Shown one piece after another: positions 1-8,449 of a DNA stretch of 33,844 nucleotides. The translations under genes and the position numbers were made by a program. The stretch is from positions 1 to 33,844 of the IMG/VR virus record IMGVR_UViG_3300023293_000007, one strand, 5' to 3'. Position 1 is the stretch's first letter; each line of letters opens with the position of its first letter. The notes beneath the pieces were generated by a model. The model ran no database searches, was not told the DNA's origin, and was given only the letters and a program-made list of their open reading frames with translations. Source of the stretch: a virus (taxonomy: Duplodnaviria > Caudoviricetes).

Positions 1-127
1 TATGAACACCTCACAGCGATCTAAGGTATGCGCCGTCCATAACTCTCAATTTGGCGAGGTATGGTGGTTTTACCCAAGCACCGCCTCTGTAGAGAATGAT
101 AGGTACGTTGTATATGATTATAAAGAA
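1..127. repeat. 127-bp terminal direct repeat (left copy); circularisation overlap
   Basis: 1-127 reads identical to 33718-33844; it lies in the middle of an open reading frame that crosses the join. Confidence 0.95.
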
Positions 128-544
128 AACCACTGGAATATTGGTGTATTAAGTAGAACGTCAGGCGTTGACTCTGGTGTATTCAGTCAGCCTATGTGGT
201 TTGATGCCTCTGGTAATATCTATAACCAAGAGACTGGTCACTCTCACGGCACTAGCGCATCTTATTTAGAGAGTGGGCCTATCAGTATTGGTATAGGCGA
301 TCAGATAACAAAAGTTAACCAGATTATTCCAGATGAGCTTAATCTGGGTGATGTAACACTAACCTTTAAGACTAGATTCTATCCAAATGGCACTGAAGAG
401 TCTTACGGACCATTTACCATGTTAAACCCTACTGGCGTTAGGTTTCAGGGAAGGCAGGTTCGCATGAGGATTAATGGCTCAGAATTGGTAGACTGGAGGG
501 CGGGAAAGATGCGTTTAAACGTGACTACTGGTGGCAGTAGATGA
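2..544 (+). CDS. C-terminal 180 aa of tail/packaged-DNA stabilisation protein (P22 gp10 / tail tubular B-like); continues the ORF starting at 32783
   Basis: ATG at 2 equals 33719, which is in frame with ATG 32783 (936 nt = 312 codons); beta-rich 'EVWWFYP..NDRYVVYDY..W' segment; precedes ejection-protein genes. Confidence 0.7.
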   Translation: MNTSQRSKVCAVHNSQFGEVWWFYPSTASVENDRYVVYDYKENHWNIGVLSRTSGVDSGVFSQPMWFDASGNIYNQETGHSHGTSASYLESGPISIGIGDQITKVNQIIPDELNLGDVTLTFKTRFYPNGTEESYGPFTMLNPTGVRFQGRQVRMRINGSELVDWRAGKMRLNVTTGGSR

Positions 545-1197
545 GTCTAGCTGAACGCCCACCACCACCACTAGGGCCAGATTGGAAGCCTTGGGGTGAG
601 AGGTTGACGGACTTCTTAACTAGAACAAAGTCTAAGCTGTCATACTATCTTGCTGGTGAGTCTGCCGGCGAAGATGGCGTGTTATTGTGGGATAGGACCG
701 GCTATCCAGTAGTATCAAAGAATGGCGAGTGGAGGCAAATAAAATTAGCGGGAGGCAGTGGATCATTTGCATCAACTGTAGATGTAGTTGCCGCTAGCCC
801 AGATACAGCTTATGCCATACCCTTTGACCTTGTATCGGCTACTGGGACGGTGACTATTGATGCGGCTGACAGCACTAAGATAATATTTGCAGAGGCAGGA
901 GTGTACTCGGTGGCTGGTAATTTCCAGTTATTATCGAGTACGGCAGCAGTAAAAACTATATATCTTTGGACGATGTTAGATGGAACAACAGACTCAGTGT
1001 CGGTACAAACTGATATTAAAGACAGCGGGCAAGTTAAGACGGTAGGGGTGTCCTTTACGTTAACAATTGCAGCAGGGTCATATCTGCAAATAAAGTGGGC
1101 AGTTTCTAATATTGCATTAAGGTTAAAGGTGGTAGCAGCAACCGCATTTGCACCTACTACACGCGCAGCTCAAGTATCCATAACACGCGCATCCTAA
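541..1197 (+). CDS. virion structural/tail-associated protein with beta-sandwich C-terminus
   Basis: 218 aa, ATGA overlap with upstream stop; 'AGVYSVAGNFQL' and alternating beta-strand pattern; tail module position. Confidence 0.55.
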   Translation: MSLAERPPPPLGPDWKPWGERLTDFLTRTKSKLSYYLAGESAGEDGVLLWDRTGYPVVSKNGEWRQIKLAGGSGSFASTVDVVAASPDTAYAIPFDLVSATGTVTIDAADSTKIIFAEAGVYSVAGNFQLLSSTAAVKTIYLWTMLDGTTDSVSVQTDIKDSGQVKTVGVSFTLTIAAGSYLQIKWAVSNIALRLKVVAATAFAPTTRAAQVSITRAS

Positions 1198-1200
1198 AAA

Positions 1201-1215
1201 TGGTATAATCGAGCA
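1201..1215 (+). promoter_or_regulatory. putative late promoter, extended -10 (TGGTATAATCGAGCA)
   Basis: TGnTATAAT in an intergenic gap; same motif at 25209, 25771, 27664, 28275. Confidence 0.65.
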
Positions 1216-1236
1216 TATTTTGATACGGAAGTGCAG

Positions 1237-1605
1237 ATGTCAGACTTAGACGTAGAATTAGAACGATGCAGGGTTTGGATAGAGGCAGCGTTAGATTATA
1301 GTGGAGGAACGCACGATTTTGATGATATTGCGGCTAGTGTTCGGTCTGGTTACATGCAGTTTTGGCCTGCACCTAAAGGGTGTGCGATAACAGAGATATT
1401 AACATTTCCAAAGCGCAAGATTTTTCATATCTTTCTTGCTGGTGGAGAGAAGCAGCAAATAGTAGATATGGACGAGTCGGCAGTGGAGTTTGCTCGCAGA
1501 GAGGGATGTACAGGCATGACTATTGCTGGTCGTAGAGGCTGGGCAAGAGTTTTAATGAATAAAGGATGGACGGAAGCGTTCACCACATTAAGCAAGGATA
1601 TATAA
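1237..1605 (+). CDS. hypothetical protein, possibly GNAT-like fold, in the position typical before ejection genes
   Basis: 'HIFLAGG...FARREGC...AGRRGWARVL..GW' pattern; ATG 1237 preceded by GGAAG. Confidence 0.55.
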   Translation: MSDLDVELERCRVWIEAALDYSGGTHDFDDIAASVRSGYMQFWPAPKGCAITEILTFPKRKIFHIFLAGGEKQQIVDMDESAVEFARREGCTGMTIAGRRGWARVLMNKGWTEAFTTLSKDI

Positions 1606-1606
1606 T

Positions 1607-2269
1607 ATGTCAGGTGGAAAAGGCGGCAGCCAAACAACAGAAGCAACAATTCCAGAGTGGGCCAAGCAACCCACTATCAGAAACTTGGCAAGAGCCGAGC
1701 AAGTCCAGAAAATTGGCTACATGCCTTACTATGGTCCTGATATTGCGGCGTTTACTCCACAGCAGGAACAGGCGATGCAAGCCAACCAAGATGCGGCTTC
1801 TGCCTTTGGATTAGCCTCCCCTGGTGTTGACGCTATGGCAGGAATGCCTGAAGCGCAAAGCTTTGGTGGCATGAGTGGCTATAGCTCTTCTCCTATATAC
1901 GAGGCAGCCGTAGCAGAATTAAAAGAAAAGCAGCCAGGATTTGTTAACCAATACGATCAATTATTTGGTCAGCAACGTCAGGCTGGTCCTGGTTATTTCG
2001 GTCCAGGTTATGAGGGTAGTCGTCGCTACGCTGGTTTTGACCCAGGCAATGCTGGCATGAGTGGAGGATCACAAGATTACCCTTCTGGCTTTCCGTCTGG
2101 TCAAATGCCAGATATGGGAAGCTTTCAGACTCAACAAGAGCCTCAAATGAGCATGTACCAAGCTCCAATGCAAGCTCCAATGCCAAATCAGTCGATGTAT
2201 CAATCTCCAGCGCCAGGTACCTCAGTAGATGATCAATACTTACAAATGATGTCAGGGAGTAAAATATAA
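1607..2269 (+). CDS. putative internal virion / DNA ejection protein
   Basis: N-terminus MSGGKGGSQTT typical of podophage ejection proteins; G/Q/P/M-rich. Confidence 0.55.
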   Translation: MSGGKGGSQTTEATIPEWAKQPTIRNLARAEQVQKIGYMPYYGPDIAAFTPQQEQAMQANQDAASAFGLASPGVDAMAGMPEAQSFGGMSGYSSSPIYEAAVAELKEKQPGFVNQYDQLFGQQRQAGPGYFGPGYEGSRRYAGFDPGNAGMSGGSQDYPSGFPSGQMPDMGSFQTQQEPQMSMYQAPMQAPMPNQSMYQSPAPGTSVDDQYLQMMSGSKI

Positions 2270-4746
2270 TGGCTGGAGCAGGAATGCCAAATCAGCGAAC
2301 CCTTCCACAGATGGGTGTTGCAAACAACCAATTACAGCCAGGTGGAATAGGCCAACCATTAGGGCTTGGACAAGCACAACCACAGCCTGCTCCTCAGCCT
2401 CCTCCTGGATTAAATAAGCCTGGTTATCAGCCCTTTGCTGATCCTGCACCTGCCTCTTTGTACTCTGATCCTAACTTGGGCGTAAGCGGAAATCGCGTAA
2501 ACCTGGGACAAGCAACTGCGGTCAACCAGCAAAAAGCGGGACAAAATCCGGCATCTCTATACTCTGATCCTAATCTGGGCGGCGGAAGAGGTATTCCACC
2601 ACGAGGAGATGGCGGAGGTATGGTAAATGGCTTTGACCAAGCACCAAACTTCGGTCTTGGTACTGGTGAGTATAGCGGTAACACGGGTGTTACGGGCGGT
2701 ATGCAGAAGTATGGGGGTAGCTATACCGATCATAGTATGGACGGTCGTTTGAGCGAGAAATTTTTTAGTGGTAGTGCGGAGGAAATGCGTGGCCGTGGAT
2801 TTGGGGATGGTGCAGGTATGCAACCGCCGGGTAATCCCGACTGGAGAGGCCCGCAGCCTGGACAACCATCTGCTGGGGCAAAGGGCGGCGCTCAAGTGCA
2901 ACCTCCTGGTGGAGCTATTACGCCACCACCACCACAGCCTCCCTCTACTATTCCTACGCCTCCTCCTTCGACGCCTCCTGTTGCCACTGCACCTGTTGCG
3001 CCTGTTGATCAAGGTCCACGCGCCCCAAATATTAATCAATCGGCTGCCGCTGGAATACAAGGCTCTATGGCTGGAGCAGCCCGCGAGATGAATTATCAAC
3101 CAACCAATATTGGTGGCGCATCCTACAATCCTTATTCAACTGGATCACAAGGCTATGGCGCTACTACTGCTGGCGCTCAAGGTTTTGGTGCTTCTGGTGT
3201 TAATGCTCAAGGATATGGGGCGGCGGGAACTGGATCACAAGGTTATGGAGCGGCGGGAACTGGATCACAAGGTTACGGCGCTACTGGAGCTGGATCACAA
3301 GGATATGGCGCTAGTCAAATGTTTGGCGCTCCAACTGTTGGCGCCCAGAACGTCACAGCAGGACAACTTGCAGGAACTGATTTATCCCAATACCAAAACC
3401 CATACGAAACCCAGGTAGTCCAATCTACCTTGTCTGACTTAGATCGGTCTAGGCAAATGGCTATGGGACAAGCAGGCGCTCAAGCTACAGCGGCGGGTGC
3501 GTTTGGTGGTTCTCGCCTAGCATTAATGGAAGCAGAGACTAATCGGTCTTTTGCTGATCAAGCTGCTAGGTCTGCTGGACAACTGCGTCAAGCTGGATTT
3601 AATCAAGCTCAAGGCATGGCTCAACAGGATATTGCAGGTCGTATGCAGGCAGGTCTTGCCAATCAGGGTGCAAATCTACAGGCTGGAACTACTACAGCAA
3701 ATCTCATGCAACAGGCAGGATTGTCTAACCAATCAGCTTTAAACCAAGCCTCACAGTTTGGGTCTTCCGCTGCTAACCAAGCCGCCCTTGTTAACGCTTC
3801 TGCACAGAATCAGGCTAGTCAATTTGGAGCGCAATCTGGTAACGTAGCATCCCTATCTAATCAAGCTGCACAGAATCAGGCAAGTCAGTTTGGCGCTCAG
3901 GCTGGTAACGTAGCCTCTTTATCTAACCAGGCAGCTCAAAACCAAGCTAGTCAGTTTGGCGCTCAGGCATTTAACCAGGCTGCTCAACAGGCGTCTGCAC
4001 AACAGCAAGCGGCCAGTCAGTTTGGCGCTCAAGCAGGTAATAATGCTGCACTAGCTAATGCTGCCTCTATGAACCAAGCCAACCAGTTTGGGGCGCAGGC
4101 AGGAAATACTGCACAGTTAGCCAATCAGTCTGCATTTAATCAGGCAGGTCAGTTTAATGCACAACAGGCTTTGGCCGCACAGATGGCTAACCAACAGGCA
4201 GGATTATCAGGATCTGCTCAACGTCTTGGTGCTGCTGGTCAACTTGGCAACCTATCTAACCTTGGTTTTGGTATGGGACAAACTGTTAACCAAAACATTA
4301 TGCAACAGGGTATGATGCAACAAGCTATTCAACAGCAGCTCATTGATGCGGCTAAGGCTCAATTTGCAGGTTACACGCAAGCGCCTTACCAGTCTATTGG
4401 ATTGTTATCGCAGGCTCTGGGTGCATCACCAATTCCTCAGTCTCAAACTACTAGCAAGCAGCCAGGCATGTTTGATTATTTGACTATGGGCGCTCAACTG
4501 TATGGGGCTTCTGATTCTCGCTTAAAAGAGAATATTACTCAAATAGGATCATTACCTAATGGCCTTGGATTATATACTTGGGATTGGACGGATGACGCCA
4601 ATGAGAAGGGATTAAGTAATCCTATGACTACTGGTGTTATAGCTCAGGAAGTGCAGGCTGTTATGCCTGAACTGGTGAAGATGCAGCCTTCTGGTTATCT
4701 TGCCGTTAATTATGGTGAGTTGGTAAAAGGAATATACAATGCTTAA
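2269..4746 (+). CDS. putative internal virion/ejection protein with Q/A/N/G repeats and C-terminal peptidase S74 (intramolecular chaperone)-like domain
   Basis: 'NPYETQVV','GAFGGSR' motifs; C-terminal 'SDSRLKENI...YTWDW...GVIAQEV...MPELV...VNYGEL'; TAATG coupling. Confidence 0.7.
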   Translation: MAGAGMPNQRTLPQMGVANNQLQPGGIGQPLGLGQAQPQPAPQPPPGLNKPGYQPFADPAPASLYSDPNLGVSGNRVNLGQATAVNQQKAGQNPASLYSDPNLGGGRGIPPRGDGGGMVNGFDQAPNFGLGTGEYSGNTGVTGGMQKYGGSYTDHSMDGRLSEKFFSGSAEEMRGRGFGDGAGMQPPGNPDWRGPQPGQPSAGAKGGAQVQPPGGAITPPPPQPPSTIPTPPPSTPPVATAPVAPVDQGPRAPNINQSAAAGIQGSMAGAAREMNYQPTNIGGASYNPYSTGSQGYGATTAGAQGFGASGVNAQGYGAAGTGSQGYGAAGTGSQGYGATGAGSQGYGASQMFGAPTVGAQNVTAGQLAGTDLSQYQNPYETQVVQSTLSDLDRSRQMAMGQAGAQATAAGAFGGSRLALMEAETNRSFADQAARSAGQLRQAGFNQAQGMAQQDIAGRMQAGLANQGANLQAGTTTANLMQQAGLSNQSALNQASQFGSSAANQAALVNASAQNQASQFGAQSGNVASLSNQAAQNQASQFGAQAGNVASLSNQAAQNQASQFGAQAFNQAAQQASAQQQAASQFGAQAGNNAALANAASMNQANQFGAQAGNTAQLANQSAFNQAGQFNAQQALAAQMANQQAGLSGSAQRLGAAGQLGNLSNLGFGMGQTVNQNIMQQGMMQQAIQQQLIDAAKAQFAGYTQAPYQSIGLLSQALGASPIPQSQTTSKQPGMFDYLTMGAQLYGASDSRLKENITQIGSLPNGLGLYTWDWTDDANEKGLSNPMTTGVIAQEVQAVMPELVKMQPSGYLAVNYGELVKGIYNA
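3139..3312 (+). repeat. 30-bp coding tandem repeat, about 6 units (TGSQGYGAAG)
   Basis: ACTGGATCACAAGGnTAnGG recurs with 30-nt period. Confidence 0.85.
3742..4203 (+). repeat. 66-bp (22-aa) coding repeat, 7 units (NQASQFGAQAGN...)
   Basis: units start at 3742, 3808, 3874, 3940, 4006, 4072, 4138. Confidence 0.85.
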
Positions 4747-5185
4747 TATGTACAATCCAGAAAATGATCAGGAAGCACAACTGCGTAAGATTTTGGAATC
4801 AGCGCAAATGGTTAATCCAGGGGATATTGCAGGTATGCAGGTCAGTCCTGGAGGAATTGATAATGTCGGATCGGCGATAAACGGTATTGCTAACGGCCCT
4901 ATCGCCCCCGAAATATTACAGGCTACTGAGGCAGCAGGAAACCCATCAACAGCAAGCAAGATAATTGATGGGCTGGCTAACTATCAGGTCGCACCTATTA
5001 ATGCTCCCCCTATGGGTCAATTGCAGCGTGGAGGTGGTTTAATGCCTCTTAATGCCCCTCCTATGGGACCGTATGGAAGTAGTGCGTCTGGAATTCTAAA
5101 CTCTATCGGCCAGCAGCCAGATAAAGATGACGATGACGAAAAAACAAGTAAAATGGCGAAGCTGTTAAAAATGTTTGGAGGGTAA
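4739..5185 (+). CDS. hypothetical virion-module protein
   Basis: 148 aa, overlaps upstream stop, AAGGA RBS; internal NAPPMG repeat. Confidence 0.7.
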   Translation: MLNMYNPENDQEAQLRKILESAQMVNPGDIAGMQVSPGGIDNVGSAINGIANGPIAPEILQATEAAGNPSTASKIIDGLANYQVAPINAPPMGQLQRGGGLMPLNAPPMGPYGSSASGILNSIGQQPDKDDDDEKTSKMAKLLKMFGG

Positions 5186-5186
5186 G

Positions 5187-6518
5187 ATGGCTGGTATATT
5201 TGATTTTATGAATAGTGGCATTGAAGACGAGAAGCTAAAGTCGCTGGAAGCTATGATGTCTGGTAAGATGGGGATGCCTAATGGCGGCGTAGACAATACT
5301 ACTGCTGCTATGGCTGGAATGCCTATGCCGAACAATATGTCTGGAATGCAGGCTAACAACCAGATGAACAATGCTCCTCAAGCGATGAGGGGTGTTGCTA
5401 ACGGACCGATTCCTAATAGTATTATACAAGCTACGCAGGCTCCTTCACCTCCACCAGAACAACCAGGTTTCTTTGCTCGTATGGGGCAGGGATTCAAAGA
5501 CTACACATCTGATCCAGAGAAGATGGCTCGTGCTGCTGCGGCATTTAATACAATGCGCCTAAACCCTGATCCAAATGTCTCAAAGATGGCTCAAGATCAA
5601 ATTGCTCGGTCTCAGGGCAACAAATCAGCCAACCAGACTGTTGCCTTGTTGCGGAAATCAGGTTACTCCGATTTAGCAGATATGGTTGAAGCTAATCCAG
5701 CTATGGCAAAAGAAGCCTTGGCCGCTTTAACAAAAAGCAAAATGGGGACTGACTACTCCTCTAAAAATATTGGCTCTATACAGACTGCGGAAGATGATAT
5801 TCTGGAAAATGGTGTCGTTGTTGTCCCTAAAGGCGGGCAGTACACTTATAGCCTAGATCCGAACGCTCCCACAGGATCACAATACAAAATAGTTCCATTG
5901 TCTGGTGCTGGCCTGACCTCGGCAGACAAGAATAAGATGGATATAGAGAAGCAGAAAGCTGAGTGGGATATGACGCAAGGGCTTAAAAAAGGTGAAGAAG
6001 TATTTTCGCAGTTTCAGCTTATTGATGATCAAATACAGAGCTTTGCGCGAGCAGAGGTGTTGGTGGGCGAGGGTGCAAAAAGTGGCTTTCTTAAAAAGTT
6101 CTTACCTTCAACAGATGCGGCAACTACTGAGCTTCGTCAGATCGCAAACAAGATGGGTATTGATATTATTAATTCCGCTACATTTGGTGCCCTAAGTGCT
6201 ACCGAGCTAAGGCTGGCTTTAGAAACAGGCTTTGACCAAAATCTATCAGGTGATCAGTTAATTGAGTACATCCAAAATAAGATTGCCGCCCAAACTAAAC
6301 TTAGAAATGCGTTGATGCCTGAAGTGCAAATGCTTCTTGGAGGCTCTGGGCTTAAAGCATACGCTGACTACAAGATAGAAAACAGGAAGCGTCACGATGC
6401 AGCACAAAATGCTTTCAGTCAAATACAGAAAAGCAATCCTAGCCTTACAGTTATAGAGTGGGAGGACTATAATTTGGAAGAGCGCGAAGGCGTTATGAGA
6501 GATGGTGGCTTACTGTGA
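5187..6518 (+). CDS. putative internal virion/ejection protein
   Basis: ATG 5187 after GGAGGG; helical A/Q/M-rich, 'TFGALSATEL' motif; between ejection genes. Confidence 0.6.
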   Translation: MAGIFDFMNSGIEDEKLKSLEAMMSGKMGMPNGGVDNTTAAMAGMPMPNNMSGMQANNQMNNAPQAMRGVANGPIPNSIIQATQAPSPPPEQPGFFARMGQGFKDYTSDPEKMARAAAAFNTMRLNPDPNVSKMAQDQIARSQGNKSANQTVALLRKSGYSDLADMVEANPAMAKEALAALTKSKMGTDYSSKNIGSIQTAEDDILENGVVVVPKGGQYTYSLDPNAPTGSQYKIVPLSGAGLTSADKNKMDIEKQKAEWDMTQGLKKGEEVFSQFQLIDDQIQSFARAEVLVGEGAKSGFLKKFLPSTDAATTELRQIANKMGIDIINSATFGALSATELRLALETGFDQNLSGDQLIEYIQNKIAAQTKLRNALMPEVQMLLGGSGLKAYADYKIENRKRHDAAQNAFSQIQKSNPSLTVIEWEDYNLEEREGVMRDGGLL

Positions 6519-8443
6519 GCAACTTTTTAGAGGAACTTCGCAGAAAGAAACAGGCTGCCAACCCTGGTATACCTGTTATCCAGCCAAATGAAGCTGTCAT
6601 AGCAGAGCCACAAAAGCTGCGTACTTTTGCTCAGGGTGTTACCTACGGCTTTAGTGATGAGATTGAGGCGGCTGTTCGATCCGCCCTACCCGCGTCAATG
6701 GGTGGCAGAGAGTATGATGTCGTTAGGGACGAGCTTAGGGGTAAGCTAAAAGATTACAAGGATCAGAACCAAGGGGCGGCTATTACCTTAGAGGTGGCTG
6801 GTGCTTTTCTTCCATCTATCCTTATGGCTATGACCGGCGTTGGCGCTCCTGCTGCTGTTGCAAATACCACTAGAGCCGCCCAGCTTCTTAAAACCGCAAA
6901 GATAGGTGCAGGAGAAAGCGCAGCCTATTCTGTGGGAGCCTCTGAAAACCCGCTGTTTAGCGCAGGGAGCGCAGGTGATGTTGGATTTGGAACCGCTTTT
7001 GGTTCTGGTGCTGCCGTTGCTGCTGATCTGGCTTTAAGCAAGCTAGGGAAGGTAGGCAGGGCTTTAATTGATTATACGCGACGCAAGATGAAGGGCGCTG
7101 ACAATGCTGTACAGAAAGAGCTTTTACGCTTGGTAGAGGGTACTGGTTTAACGGTTGACGAGGTAATTGAAGGCGTTGCTAGCGGCAGCGTTATTGCTGA
7201 TAACGCCACATTGAGTGCAGCGGTAAAAGGCATGGTTAATGAGGGCGGCCAAGCTAAGGCAACAATACTGGGCGCAAGTGAGGCTAGAAGGCAAAAAACA
7301 ACCCAGCAAGCTAATGAGTCTATGTCTGATGCACTAGCGCCAGATGTTTCTGACCCCAACATATTGAGAGCTAGGGCTGCCACTGAAAAAGAGTTAAGAG
7401 ATGAAGCGTCTGGGGCATATAAGAAAATTTACGCACAACCAGAAAGCGAAGCTGTCACACAGGAAATTTCAGATCAGATGCTTAATGTTGCTCAACGATC
7501 CCCAGACATTAGGGCAGAGCTTCAGGCTAATTATGACCTTGAGGGGATAGTCCCGCTGTTTAAGACAGAGGCAAACGGTGCTGTTTCTCTTAATAGAATG
7601 CCTACACTGGAAGATGCTGAGGCCATGAGAAGAATCTTAAAAGAGGAAACTCAGTCTTTATACGTCGCAGGGAAGGGAAGGAGAGCAGGAACGACTGGCG
7701 AGCTAGAAGGCGGCCTTCGCGGAGCAATTGACACCGCTTCTCCTGAAATGGGTGCTGCGAGAGCTAATTATGCTGGCATGATGTCTCAAAACAAGCAGTT
7801 TGAAGCAGGACGAAAAGTTTTAAGTATGAACGCTGATGATTTAGAGATATTAGTTAGTCGGCTTAACCCCACCGATCTAGCAGCGTTTAGGGCTGGCGCA
7901 ATGGCTAACATTAACGACAAGGCGCGTAGGTCAGGAACCACAATGGAAAACCTAGCCAAAGAAGATATGCAGCTTGGCACTGTTCTTAGGATTTTATTGC
8001 CAGAAGATAAGGCGTCGGGAGTTGTACAGAATGTATCTAATGCAGCCAGGTCTACGTCTATGGATAAATATATACAACCCAGGTCGCAGTCCTCAACACA
8101 GGCGCTACAAAGAGAAGCGCAGCTGCGTGGCGGTGGCGTTGCTATGGAGGATTTTGCCAGAGGAATGGCGGGTGATCCACTAGCGTTGGTTAAAATGGCT
8201 GTTCAGATGGTGCCGTCTGGCGCGGGGCTGTCGGATAAACAAATGACAGAAGTGGCAAGAATCCTGTATAGTGAGTCCCCTGATTTGGTAGGAAGGGCGT
8301 TAAAAGATAATACTGTATTTGGCGAGCTGCTAAAGAAAATTGAAAGCGCCTCGAAAGTGGTTTTAGCAGGTTCGACAACAGCCGCAGCACAACAAGGCTC
8401 TGGTGTCGATTCCGTTGAGAAAGTCATGGGCTTGTTAAATTAA
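6515..8443 (+). CDS. large putative internal virion/ejection protein
   Basis: 642 aa Ala/Gly-rich helical protein; 'QGVTYGFSDEIEA' N-terminal motif; GTGA overlap. Confidence 0.6.
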   Translation: MSNFLEELRRKKQAANPGIPVIQPNEAVIAEPQKLRTFAQGVTYGFSDEIEAAVRSALPASMGGREYDVVRDELRGKLKDYKDQNQGAAITLEVAGAFLPSILMAMTGVGAPAAVANTTRAAQLLKTAKIGAGESAAYSVGASENPLFSAGSAGDVGFGTAFGSGAAVAADLALSKLGKVGRALIDYTRRKMKGADNAVQKELLRLVEGTGLTVDEVIEGVASGSVIADNATLSAAVKGMVNEGGQAKATILGASEARRQKTTQQANESMSDALAPDVSDPNILRARAATEKELRDEASGAYKKIYAQPESEAVTQEISDQMLNVAQRSPDIRAELQANYDLEGIVPLFKTEANGAVSLNRMPTLEDAEAMRRILKEETQSLYVAGKGRRAGTTGELEGGLRGAIDTASPEMGAARANYAGMMSQNKQFEAGRKVLSMNADDLEILVSRLNPTDLAAFRAGAMANINDKARRSGTTMENLAKEDMQLGTVLRILLPEDKASGVVQNVSNAARSTSMDKYIQPRSQSSTQALQREAQLRGGGVAMEDFARGMAGDPLALVKMAVQMVPSGAGLSDKQMTEVARILYSESPDLVGRALKDNTVFGELLKKIESASKVVLAGSTTAAAQQGSGVDSVEKVMGLLN

Positions 8444-8449
8444 TCTGGA

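Noticed and set aside
1-127. Biological terminal repeat (T7-like DTR)
   Set aside because: It falls mid-gene and 127 is a common assembler k-mer length; best read as a circularisation overlap.
2427-3742. Antisense and alternate-frame ORFs over the 825-aa gene (for example 2557-3099 with poly-Arg)
   Set aside because: Shadows of Pro/Gly-rich repetitive coding sequence; no RBS or motifs.
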